In this document: piece after piece, positions 9,260 through 18,287 of the stretch
Numbering within the stretch: the stretch's first letter is position 1
Layout of the letters: each line of letters starts with the position of its first letter
IMG/VR virus record: IMGVR_UViG_650627111_000001
Span: 61,957 to 125,956 of that record
Source: a virus
Taxonomy: Duplodnaviria; Caudoviricetes
DNA: 64,000 nucleotides
Reading direction: 5' to 3' (one strand)
Made by a program: the position numbers and the translations under genes
The notes under the pieces: model-generated
Told to the model about the DNA's origin: nothing
The model's database searches: none
What the model saw: only the letters and a program-made list of their open reading frames with translations

Positions 9260-10786
9260 TTATGCTTCAGCACCACCACTATCTAATTGGGTGTTGTCAC
9301 CAAAACCACTGCTTCCATTACTTTCACCAGAACGATCACGAGAATCGAACTCTGGCATAAGCTTAGAAAGTTCCTCGACATCCATATCTTCTTCAAAGTT
9401 GTGGTCAATAGAAAGCATTTCCATTACTTTATTTACAACAACAGGAATGCGTGGAATATAAAGTTTACCTTGCTGCAATCCTTTAAAGAATTCTTTTGAT
9501 GTGAGTGGTACGATTTCACCATGTTTCCACACGGGAATATCTTTCTGACTAACTTCACCAAACTTATCAACATTGAGTCGCAGAAGAAGTGGGATAACTT
9601 GCTTGTTAATCATCTCATCGAAATTACGACAATCTGCTTTAACATAATGGAATTGCAGGTTGGTCTGACCTTCTAAGCTATTGTACGATGCTGTACCTTG
9701 CTCAGAGGAGTTGAGGTTCAATGCACCAATAGCTTTGTGAATAGCCATATTCTTTTGTGTGATTAATTCATCAAGTGTGAAGTTTTTACCACCACCATCC
9801 ACACCCTTGAAACTGAGGTTGTACAGTTTAGCACCTTGACCTGTTTCACTGTGCGTATCTGATGGTAGGAACATATAAGCTTGATCACCAGCATGAAGAT
9901 TAGTCATCTGCTGCTTCATAAGTTCCATTGCAAGGTATTCATCACTACCTACAACTTTAGCTGCTTCCATGAAGGATAATGGTAATTCCATAACAGGCAT
10001 ACCTGCCATATCCTTCGCAACACCTTGTAGCAAGAATGAGTTGATTAGACGTTTTTCACACCAAGGATCATAAGCTGCATCAAAACAAGATGATGTGATT
10101 GGTGAATAAGGTGTACCACCATAACATACAACAGCTACTTTACGAGCATCAATATCTTGGATGCCAGATACACTTGATTGTAGAGATAATCCTGTCCCCG
10201 TGGTATCACGAAAAGCTGATTTATTCTGACGCCAGTTAACAATACGATTACCACCATCAGCAGTTTCATATGGACGTGAGCGATCTAGTGTAAGTGGATC
10301 AATATATGTCATGTTACGTAGTGTACGGTAACCAACATAATCGCCAGTACCTTCCCACGTCACAACTTCAAATGGAGCGAAAGAGTTGTACACACCATCT
10401 TCTGATTGCCCTGCGATAGAGCGCAAGGTTTGATATTCCATTGTGTTAATGCAATATTCAAGGTATTGTGCAATTTCAGAAGAGATTGGATTTGTTTTAT
10501 CATATTTGAATTTACCATTAGCGATAGCTTCTTGCATGAGAAACTTACGTATCTCCCAAGAACTCCATACCGCCGCATCAAGTAACATCATTTGGTAAGT
10601 GTGGTATCGCTGACCTTGCGATAATTCATGAGGACGGAGTGCATCCTTCATGCGGCGAATAGCTTCAATAGCAATAGTACCTTTTTGTACTCCGCTACCT
10701 CGCTGCTCGCGTGTGGTATTCTGAAGTGCTTTCGTCAACAGTTTCTTTTGTTGACGATTATTCCGAGCACGATTACGGTTTGTCAT
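9260..10786 (-). CDS. Portal protein
   Basis: 508 aa directly downstream of terL; size and position typical of portal. Confidence 0.85.
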   Translation of the reverse strand: MTNRNRARNNRQQKKLLTKALQNTTREQRGSGVQKGTIAIEAIRRMKDALRPHELSQGQRYHTYQMMLLDAAVWSSWEIRKFLMQEAIANGKFKYDKTNPISSEIAQYLEYCINTMEYQTLRSIAGQSEDGVYNSFAPFEVVTWEGTGDYVGYRTLRNMTYIDPLTLDRSRPYETADGGNRIVNWRQNKSAFRDTTGTGLSLQSSVSGIQDIDARKVAVVCYGGTPYSPITSSCFDAAYDPWCEKRLINSFLLQGVAKDMAGMPVMELPLSFMEAAKVVGSDEYLAMELMKQQMTNLHAGDQAYMFLPSDTHSETGQGAKLYNLSFKGVDGGGKNFTLDELITQKNMAIHKAIGALNLNSSEQGTASYNSLEGQTNLQFHYVKADCRNFDEMINKQVIPLLLRLNVDKFGEVSQKDIPVWKHGEIVPLTSKEFFKGLQQGKLYIPRIPVVVNKVMEMLSIDHNFEEDMDVEELSKLMPEFDSRDRSGESNGSSGFGDNTQLDSGGAEA

Positions 10787-11014
10787 ACTGTTGATAGCTC
10801 CTTGAAAAATATATAGACCTATTATAACAAGATAGATCTATTACTTACTAATCTTAACATAATATAGTATAAAACTCAATCGTATTTTCACTCACGACTT
10901 GAAATTGAATAACTGATAAACAAGATTATTTATATTCGAAGATGAGAAGAATCCCCTGTAAAGTCACAGGGGAAAGGGGAGGGGTGATGTGTCCCGTATG
11001 AACGGGATGAGGGA

Positions 11015-12442
11015 TTATCGAGATTTGAAGCGCGAGAGGGCTGTGGGCGCTGAGATTGGGGGTGGGGTGAAGTGTTTGTGGACACGTAATTTCTGTATGG
11101 CGCTGAAGGCACTAGAAAAACTGTCGACGAGGTCATCGTGATAACCATTATTTTTCATACCATCAAAATTCTCAAGCTCTTGTAACATATAATCCCAGAC
11201 AGTTTGAGAAAACGAACTACGTACAAAGTAAACGTATCCAACGTAACATGCGGATGCGAAAGGTTCAAATCTTAATCGTTTAGATTTATTTGGTGGTGAG
11301 GGGTCTGGTTTTACAATAAAACCGTGTTTGGTTAGTTTTTTAGCACTCTCCTGCATTTCAACCACACCACTTTGACCTGGGTCTTTTGGTAATATGATCA
11401 CACAATCAATACCATCGTGAAATGCTTGTCTTTCTATATGAGCATCCCTAGGACCCGGGGTTTCTCTTATCCTTGCAATCTGGTTGCCATCATTATCTTC
11501 TACATAATCGCCTAAGACATAGATATTTCCATCAGGACATCTTGCAAATTTGATAGATGCCGTGTAGTCAGGATCAAGCTGTTTCGAATCCCCACCTTCT
11601 TTAGATGGTTTACTGCTGGCTTTATCATAAGCTCTTAAATAAACCGCACCCATAGGTACTTTATCTGCATATTTGATTGTACCCCTATCCCACACACCAT
11701 TAGCAGCAGGTTTCCATAACCAGTTACCTTCCAACAACAATGCGGCGTTTTGTGGGTCGTTAGCCATCAAATCGTCAGCATAATCTTCATTGTTAGCCAA
11801 CATAGCTGGGTTATCTGCCAAACTACTTGGGATCATAGTATATTTACGAGGTTTTTTATTAGGGTATTTTTCTAATAACTCTTCTTCAGACCAAGAGGTA
11901 ATTGTCTCTCCTTTGTCTGTTACATAATAAGCAGTACGACCTGAATACTCTTTTATAGCAAAACCTGTCTTTTGATCGATAAATCTTGCTAGATATTTTA
12001 AACAGAAGTGATTTGGTTCTGGATTAAGTGTGCAGCGTATATATGATCGGTACTTACTTTTACTACGCATACGGGTTCGGATATAGTTGAATGCAAATTC
12101 ACTATGGTTACCAAACTCTTCAAAATATGCAGCTGTTAGCTGAGCGCCCTGCCAGTTCTTTTTAATTTCAGCTTCGTTATCAAGGAATGAAAACTCCACC
12201 TTAGCTCCACTTGGGAATATAATAACCTTAGCTTGTTCTTTTATCTGTGCCTTACCTATAAACTTCCCTTTGTTTTCCCCAGATTGGTACCTGATGAAAG
12301 GGTCATACATTTCTTTAGCTTCAGGCCACAATGTACGTTCAATTTGCTTTAGTGTATTTCTAAAAAATACAGCATAATAATTAGGGCAATCTACATACTT
12401 CAAAACATCGAAAAGTATAGCCCAGCTCTTACCACCGCCAGC
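11015..12442 (-). CDS. terL: Terminase large subunit, exon 2
   Basis: AGGGKS, AAYFEE Walker B, CTLNP coupling motif, RAYDKA and HDDLVDS nuclease motifs. Confidence 0.93.
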   Translation of the reverse strand, partial: AGGGKSWAILFDVLKYVDCPNYYAVFFRNTLKQIERTLWPEAKEMYDPFIRYQSGENKGKFIGKAQIKEQAKVIIFPSGAKVEFSFLDNEAEIKKNWQGAQLTAAYFEEFGNHSEFAFNYIRTRMRSKSKYRSYIRCTLNPEPNHFCLKYLARFIDQKTGFAIKEYSGRTAYYVTDKGETITSWSEEELLEKYPNKKPRKYTMIPSSLADNPAMLANNEDYADDLMANDPQNAALLLEGNWLWKPAANGVWDRGTIKYADKVPMGAVYLRAYDKASSKPSKEGGDSKQLDPDYTASIKFARCPDGNIYVLGDYVEDNDGNQIARIRETPGPRDAHIERQAFHDGIDCVIILPKDPGQSGVVEMQESAKKLTKHGFIVKPDPSPPNKSKRLRFEPFASACYVGYVYFVRSSFSQTVWDYMLQELENFDGMKNNGYHDDLVDSFSSAFSAIQKLRVHKHFTPPPISAPTALSRFKSR

Positions 12443-12704
12443 CAATGGTCAGTTATAGAGGCGTTCTTGTTATTCAAGTCTCCCTCTTTCCACCGTTTCC
12501 GGTGTTGTCGGATCATATCTTCTGTGATTTATCACAGCCCTACGTTTGGAGGTTCACTTGAACCCCTACTTGCCTACACTCATCAGCAATGATCTCTCCA
12601 CCCACGAATTTAATCGTTCGGCTCGATGTTACCGTATCCTATAATTAGAACTTAGGTTTCCTCGAATTAGCAGGGTTATTTAACGTGGTACCACTGGATT
12701 ATTT
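12443..12704 (-). mobile_element. Group I intron (262 nt, no ORF) in terL
   Basis: Excision restores FYGGA|AGGGKS. 5' exon ends in U, intron ends in G. P1 GUGGUGCU/GGUACCAC has a U-G pair at the splice site; P10 CCAGU/GCUGG; P7-like GAUCAU/AUGAUC within AAGAUAUGAUCC. Confidence 0.92.
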
Positions 12705-12800
12705 AGCACCACCATAGAAACACAAGGGCATATCATCCCACGTGTTGGCAAATTTTGTTTGCGGTCCCGCTTGAGGCCTTAGTAGAACATTGTCACTCAT
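12705..12800 (-). CDS. terL: Terminase large subunit, exon 1 (32 aa)
   Basis: MSDNVLLRPQAGPQTKFANTWDDMPLCFYGGA is a typical TerL N-terminus; ATG overlaps the upstream TGA (ATGA). Confidence 0.9.
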
Positions 12801-13987
12801 TTACACCTTACTCCGTTAAAATCTTCTATAATTTTAAATATATTATCCAAATCAGCTAGTGAGAAAGTTTCATCGAATCCGTCGGGGTATTCTGATTTAG
12901 ATAATACTTTTCTGTCGAGGTTCTTCTTTATAAAAGATTCTGCTGACTTGCAGTAAGAAACCTCATCAAACTCCCAGACACCTAAAACTTGAACATCGAA
13001 GACTGTTGCAGCACTTTGTTCTTTTAACCTACGATCCCAGAAATTTGCTATTCCAACTTTTAAAGCTATAGGAATACCATTATCGGACACTTCAAAGATA
13101 TAAGCTTGCCTTTGGGTTCTACCTACTTCATGTGGACAACCTTTCCTCTTATTTATGTGATTATCATAAGAAGATTCAAAAGTACCTTTACAATCATTAC
13201 AATAGATAGTGCTAGGGGTTCGGGAGCATATATAATCGTATTTTGAATAATCAAATTTATTTCCGAATATTTTCCTACCCTCTACTTCAATCCTACTTGC
13301 ATGATGTCTCAGGCCATCCCCTCTCTTCTCCTCTGCACAATGAGGGCAACCGTGTCCGTTCATGAAATTATTTATAGCTACATCATAATGTTTATGGTTT
13401 TTACATTTAATAACCATCCTAGTAGTATTCTTATTTTCATATTCACCAAGCCAACCGAGAAATTTCAAACCCCTTTCAACACAAGCTTCTCTTATTTGGA
13501 ACTCTCTCAGTTGTTTCGTCCAACGTTGAAATTTGTGAGGATTACAACGACAAGTCTTTCGATCGGAAGTTACATGGTCTAGTCTATGCTTATAAGGTGT
13601 GTTACATTCACTGCAATACCACAACCACTGTTCCTTTTTACTTTTTGTGCGCGAGATAAGTTCGAGATTAGGGTGCTTACTGTTAACAATCAATATCTCA
13701 TCTTCAAGAGGTTTCTCTCTGTCCTTACCCGCCTTAATGAAAGAACATTCAGTACAGGAGGTACTTCCTCTATTCAATTGATTAGTAGACTTAGCTTGTA
13801 TGTTACCACAACCGCACTTACAGAACCACCATGTATGTGGTGCAGACCTTTCTTTCATTTTCAGAACTTCAAACTGACCGAACACTTGACCAGTTAAATC
13901 TTTAAATTTTTTATTGTCTGTTTTAAACTCACAATTATGAAGCTCTACATCCTCTGGTGTATAGTATCTTGTCCTCTTATGTTTCAC
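12797..13987 (-). CDS. Free-standing homing endonuclease (Cys-rich repeats plus T5orf172-like domain)
   Basis: KDLTGQVFG..WFCKCGCGN, GCPHC repeats, C-terminal AYIF..LKVGIAN..RRLKEQ..E; likely GTG start at 13987 after GGAG and promoter 14024-14032. Confidence 0.8.
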   Translation of the reverse strand: MKHKRTRYYTPEDVELHNCEFKTDNKKFKDLTGQVFGQFEVLKMKERSAPHTWWFCKCGCGNIQAKSTNQLNRGSTSCTECSFIKAGKDREKPLEDEILIVNSKHPNLELISRTKSKKEQWLWYCSECNTPYKHRLDHVTSDRKTCRCNPHKFQRWTKQLREFQIREACVERGLKFLGWLGEYENKNTTRMVIKCKNHKHYDVAINNFMNGHGCPHCAEEKRGDGLRHHASRIEVEGRKIFGNKFDYSKYDYICSRTPSTIYCNDCKGTFESSYDNHINKRKGCPHEVGRTQRQAYIFEVSDNGIPIALKVGIANFWDRRLKEQSAATVFDVQVLGVWEFDEVSYCKSAESFIKKNLDRKVLSKSEYPDGFDETFSLADLDNIFKIIEDFNGVRCK

Positions 13988-14053
13988 GCATATCTCCATA
14001 TTATTTGGTATAATATAATATACATTATAACACATTCCTGTTGTATTCTCTAC

Positions 14054-14083
14054 AAAAACCAATACCCCACATTCGCGGGGTAT
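14054..14083 (-). terminator. Intrinsic terminator
   Basis: ATACCCCGC-GAAT-GTGGGGTAT followed by TGGTTTTT on the minus strand. Confidence 0.65.
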
Positions 14084-14105
14084 CACTCTTTCTATATCAA
14101 AAACA

Positions 14106-14498
14106 TCACAAAATCACCGTACGCGAGTACACATCAGCTTTAGATCGTGTTCGTGTCATCATATACATAATAAACTCTGACGAAGATACATTACTTACCT
14201 TAACAAAATCCCCACCTTCATACTTACCGAAGCAATTCGTATCAATGATAACCGTTGTTAATTGTGCACCTGCATAATCATAATGTGGGTGATCTCTATC
14301 TAAACTTGCAACCTTCAATCGTCCACCATTCTTGAAACGTACAAGATGTTTCTGTGTATTTACTGCACAATCGTAATTACCATAGATAGTCTCTAGTAAT
14401 GATGACTTATCCTCTGGGTGAACAAATACCACGCCATAATAATCAACATCATTCCAACGTAGTGATTCAAACTCTAATTCTGCAATTATCTTTTCCAT
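14106..14498 (-). CDS. Small protein resembling part of the TerL ATPase domain
   Basis: VRFKNGGRLKVASLD..YAGAQLTTVIID..YMMTRTRSK aligns by eye to TerL IIFPSGAKVEFSFLD..WQGAQLTAAYFE..YIRTRMRSK; AGGAGG RBS before ATG 14498. Confidence 0.7.
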   Translation of the reverse strand: MEKIIAELEFESLRWNDVDYYGVVFVHPEDKSSLLETIYGNYDCAVNTQKHLVRFKNGGRLKVASLDRDHPHYDYAGAQLTTVIIDTNCFGKYEGGDFVKVSNVSSSEFIMYMMTRTRSKADVYSRTVIL

Positions 14499-14512
14499 AT
14501 TTCCTCCTATCA

Positions 14513-14788
14513 TCACCGCCCCTTCCGCGCACCAGAGCCCCATTGTCTCCGATAATGCTCTCCATCCCTCGTGACGAACTCCTCTGTGCACTTTAACTCC
14601 AGTGCACGAAAGTAATTACCCTCGTTCACAACACGCTTCCTCTCTGTCACGAGGCGGTATTCCTCTAGCTTAAGATTCTCTCGTGCGATAAGGGTTTCTC
14701 TTTCGTGGTGAAGGTTAATCCCATAGAAGCCTAATGTTGTCATCGCTGTAAGTGATAGTACAATCACTAGTGTTGTTTCGCATTTCAT
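14513..14788 (-). CDS. Small membrane-anchored protein
   Basis: N-terminal hydrophobic helix; AAGGAG RBS; TTGACG promoter near 14845. Confidence 0.6.
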   Translation of the reverse strand: MKCETTLVIVLSLTAMTTLGFYGINLHHERETLIARENLKLEEYRLVTERKRVVNEGNYFRALELKCTEEFVTRDGEHYRRQWGSGARKGR

Positions 14789-14936
14789 AATCAATCTCCT
14801 TTAGTGTTTCAGTGAACTATAATCAACATTCATATCCCCGTCAACAACTATTTTAAAATTCTTTCGATAAAATTTATTGTTGACATAGAGTTTGTTCGTG
14901 TTATGATTGCTGTATGTTCAACGAAGGGGGTAATAA

Positions 14937-15832
14937 GTGAATCTAGAACACATTAAACCATCAACACTAACAGATGAAGAACGCATCACATACATCAACT
15001 GGTTGTTGGTTGAGCTGAATAACCACACAGATCCATTTTCATCAGTGATGAATCGTATCCGTAAAATGAGTGAAGATTTCGACACACTCCACAGGGACGC
15101 TTATCATCTATTAGAATGTGTAGATTCTGGTGAGGTTAAACTTTCTGCAAGTGAGCGTATCAAATTATTCAATAAGATGGTGAATAACGAAGGTGATCGT
15201 CGTAAGAACAAGGAATTGCTTGAACGTGGAGAAGCGTTGGAAACTTTGCTTCGTGAGAAGCCAGTACCAATTTACCGCACGACAGTGCAGAATGATATAA
15301 GTCAGCTTGGTAACAAGCACAAAGGTATTCGTGATAAAGCGAAAGATCGTGGGATTTTGTTGAAGGAGAAATTGTTATGATTTTAAAGAATGCATTAATG
15401 GATATATTTGGTTTCGAATGTGAGTGTATCAAACCACCACATGAAAGACGTTGGTATTACCCTACAACAGATTATACACCCTTATTACTTTTGGTTAATA
15501 TTAAACCATTTGATGGTGAAGAGTATTTTATAGAAGGTTATAAATCTTATAAGTTCAAAAGTACTGAGTTTGACTTGGACTTTAGTGACCTTGAATCTTA
15601 TGCCTTAGAAAGCTATGGTACAGAGTCTTATTCTGAGAATCATGAAGAGTTAACGTTATCTGCACTAAAAACTTGTACCTCATTAATTGAAAAGTTTAAC
15701 GAAGATAATAAAGGTCGAGATATTATATATGCCCAAAATTTATACGAAAGTGACAAAGGATTATCGGAAGGTTGGAAATTGATTAATTTCACCGGTAAAT
15801 GGAAACTTTGTGTTAATTACCGTTTGATATAA
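14937..15832 (+). CDS. Two coupled hypothetical proteins (14937-15380, 15377-15832)
   Basis: ATGA overlap; TTGACA..TATGAT promoter at 14879. Confidence 0.7.
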
Positions 15833-15835
15833 ACA

Positions 15836-15868
15836 ACAAAACCCAGCCATTTGGCTGGGTTCTTCTTT
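15836..15868. terminator. Bidirectional intrinsic terminator
   Basis: AACCCAGCCA-TT-TGGCTGGGTT with A- and T-rich flanks. Confidence 0.8.
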
Positions 15869-15875
15869 ATTTATA

Positions 15876-16250
15876 TCAAGCTTCTTTCGGCACTAAGCTA
15901 ATTAAAGAGGATACACTGGATACAGTATCTTTCTTTTTCGCAATTTCTTCACTTGCACCTTCACCAACGACACTTTCGTAATAATCATCAAGAAGTGCTT
16001 CCGCACGATCAATAAACCTTTCAATCAAACGGATTTGTTCTTTATTGACAGATTTCATATTGCCTAGTGCAACTTCCATTAGGATTTTCTCGAATTGTTC
16101 AAGGTTGTTGGCAATCTCTACATCACTGATGTTTTTGCTTGCTTGGATGCGATCAATCACTGATTCCAAATCACCCACAACTGCTGCTGCTGGACGTCCT
16201 CGTCCTCGCTTACGTTGACTATTCTTAGCTCGAACTTTAATATTCGCCAT
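15876..16250 (-). CDS. Possible terminase small subunit or DNA-binding protein
   Basis: Basic N-terminus with KRGRGRP, helical body, upstream of the terL cluster; assignment is positional. Confidence 0.4.
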   Translation of the reverse strand: MANIKVRAKNSQRKRGRGRPAAAVVGDLESVIDRIQASKNISDVEIANNLEQFEKILMEVALGNMKSVNKEQIRLIERFIDRAEALLDDYYESVVGEGASEEIAKKKDTVSSVSSLISLVPKEA

Positions 16251-16370
16251 TCAATACCCCTTAATCATGTAATAATTTTCATAAATGTAATATAAAAGAA
16301 AAATAACTGTAGTTGGGATCATTTCATCACCTATTCGTTGTACTTATTTAGAATGTAATATCTCGTTGTA

Positions 16371-16543
16371 AAAAGAAAACCCTGCCTCCACAGATGAAAG
16401 CAGGGTAGAGTGTAACGGTACAAGGAGGGAATACACGTACACAAATGGCAGTGATGTCGAAGTTCCCTTGTTCTGATTCTTATATGGGAATGTGAGGGAT
16501 ATGAAGTCTACCTAAGAGGAGGAGGAACTTGGTAAACTCCATA
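16371..16543 (-). ncRNA. Candidate small RNA with anti-SD loops
   Basis: TGTTATAGT at 16549-16557; 12-bp hairpin with UCCUCCUCCU loop; second UCCCUCCUU; terminator ACCCUGCUUU..GGAGGCAGGGU-UUUCUUUUU; no ORF. Confidence 0.6.
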
Positions 16544-16583
16544 CAATAACTATAACACAGTTGAGAATTATTATCAACAATAA

Positions 16584-16766
16584 TTAATAGCTATTAACTT
16601 CATCTTCACTATACAAGCCACTATCATCATTAATATGTGCATGAACATAATCATCACGAGATGTGTAACTTTTTGGGTTTGAAGCATTGATACACGCTGG
16701 GCAAATATCTAAACTTTCATCAGTATATACTGCTGGTGTATAAAATCGTCCGCAAATACATTGCAT
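16584..16766 (-). CDS. Small zinc-ribbon protein
   Basis: CICG..CPAC; AAGGAG RBS. Confidence 0.6.
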   Translation of the reverse strand: MQCICGRFYTPAVYTDESLDICPACINASNPKSYTSRDDYVHAHINDDSGLYSEDEVNSY

Positions 16767-16767
16767 A

Positions 16768-17316
16768 TTATTTCTCCTTAATGTTAATCTTCTTAATCAA
16801 CTCTTGTGCAATAGTATCTTTATCTTTACTACCTTTGGTAGAGCCAAAAAAGAATTGAATAATAGACGAGATCAGAGTACCCATAATAAAACCTGTGACA
16901 GTTTGCACTGTTGAGATATTATCTGCTGGTATAGTTACAAAGGTAATACACAGTAAGTAGATTGCGGCAAATGCGCTCCACCCTGTTGCAAAGTAGTACA
17001 AGAATCTCTTACTAAACAAATCTTCTTGTTCTAAAGCTTTTTCCTGCATCTCACGTGCGTCACGTACATCTTGTAAGTAAATTTCGTCTAATCTGTACTT
17101 ATCGTTCATGACTGCTTTCTGGAATTCAAGTGCAGTTTGTGGGTCAGCCATAATGGCTTCTAATGCTTTGTTCTTATCAGAGATGCCTGTAATATTTGTT
17201 GCAATATTAAGTACCTCTGTTGTCATCTTCTCAGCTTTATCACCACCAAACCATTTAGCAAAATCGGGCAGAAGATTGATTAAGGTTGGGATGGCTGTTG
17301 CTAGCAATGGTGCCAT
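16768..17316 (-). CDS. teaA: Holin (probably ICP1 gp137/TeaA)
   Basis: Two C-terminal TM helices, DVRDAR..QFFFGS..GSKDKD holin-like motif; name from gene counting. Confidence 0.65.
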   Translation of the reverse strand: MAPLLATAIPTLINLLPDFAKWFGGDKAEKMTTEVLNIATNITGISDKNKALEAIMADPQTALEFQKAVMNDKYRLDEIYLQDVRDAREMQEKALEQEDLFSKRFLYYFATGWSAFAAIYLLCITFVTIPADNISTVQTVTGFIMGTLISSIIQFFFGSTKGSKDKDTIAQELIKKINIKEK

Positions 17317-17326
17317 AATGATATCC

Positions 17327-17782
17327 TCATAATAAAACGTATTCCATAACCAACATCATCGTACATAATGTGGCAAGATATTCATCATTACCACCTATTA
17401 TATCTCCATTCCTGAAATTGAACACTCCGAAAAGTATTAACTCTCGTATAACTTGATTAGAGTTATTACTGTATAGAGGAAAGTTTTGTACGATGTACGG
17501 GTCATTTGTTATTAGTGACCAAAAGTTTATGAACACTAATATTATAACTAAACTGAAACAAACCTGTGTAGTTTTCGTTGTTGCATAAAGTAAACTTAAC
17601 GTCATTGCCGATAAGAATATCCCCATCCCAACATACAATGAATACTCTGCAGGAACGTAGCTTTGGAATATAACAGAGAATGCATACCCGTACAGGATTG
17701 TACGAGATATATACCTAGTTGTCATATCCTTGCTGAATTCACCATACAGCCAAAGTATTAATGGTAGGAGGAATGGGATCAT
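17327..17782 (-). CDS. arrA: Multi-pass membrane protein, probable antiholin (ICP1 gp138/ArrA)
   Basis: Several hydrophobic segments, adjacent to holin; name from position and recollection. Confidence 0.5.
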   Translation of the reverse strand: MIPFLLPLILWLYGEFSKDMTTRYISRTILYGYAFSVIFQSYVPAEYSLYVGMGIFLSAMTLSLLYATTKTTQVCFSLVIILVFINFWSLITNDPYIVQNFPLYSNNSNQVIRELILFGVFNFRNGDIIGGNDEYLATLCTMMLVMEYVLL

Positions 17783-17795
17783 AACTTACCTTACA

Positions 17796-18140
17796 TTATT
17801 GCTTCGAACGTTCTTCTAATCTCGCAGCATTGACAGCAGTTTGAGTTGCAAGTTTTGATGTTGTCTCTACAATCAAATCGAGTTTACGATGCATATCTTT
17901 CCGTTCTTCACGATCTTCTGACATGGTTTTGTCAAGAGCATCCATCCTATGCAAGATAGTTTGTTGAGACTCTTCTAGTTCATCAATTCGTAGAAGAACT
18001 GCATCACGCTCTTTCTTTTTTGCTGCTAAAAATACACGAACTTTGTTACCAATCCACCCAACTAACGCTGCAAAAGCAATGTAAAACTTTAAAGCTTGGT
18101 CACTAATCAGAGAACCAAAGTGATTCAAGAAATCAATCAT
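17796..18140 (-). CDS. Membrane-anchored coiled-coil protein of the lysis cassette
   Basis: One TM helix then coiled coil; likely start ATG 18140 downstream of promoter 18190-18198. Confidence 0.65.
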   Translation of the reverse strand: MIDFLNHFGSLISDQALKFYIAFAALVGWIGNKVRVFLAAKKKERDAVLLRIDELEESQQTILHRMDALDKTMSEDREERKDMHRKLDLIVETTSKLATQTAVNAARLEERSKQ

Positions 18141-18256
18141 CGCAAATCCTGTTATAATTATTCTAAAGTATGAAAAAGGGTGTATAGAAATTATAACATA
18201 ATTTATCATTAATGAGAATCATTTTTATTGAAATGTCAAGAAGATTTTATACAGGT

Positions 18257-18287
18257 AAAAGAAAACCCCGCACAATGGCGAGGTTTT
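18257..18287 (-). terminator. Intrinsic terminator of the large ncRNA
   Basis: AAAACCUCGC-CAUUGU-GCGGGGUUUU-CUUUU. Confidence 0.8.

Noticed and set aside
10930-11148. 72-aa ORF overlapping the terL end, and the many antisense ORFs inside long genes
   Set aside because: Shadow frames without RBS or recognisable motifs
12443-12445. TTG start for TerL as called by the ORF track
   Set aside because: It truncates Walker A, has no RBS and coincides with the intron 3' end
16415-16530. Plus-strand GGA repeats as a CsrA sponge or RBSs
   Set aside because: The stem has A-C mismatches on plus but G-U pairs on minus, and promoter and U-tract both point to the minus strand
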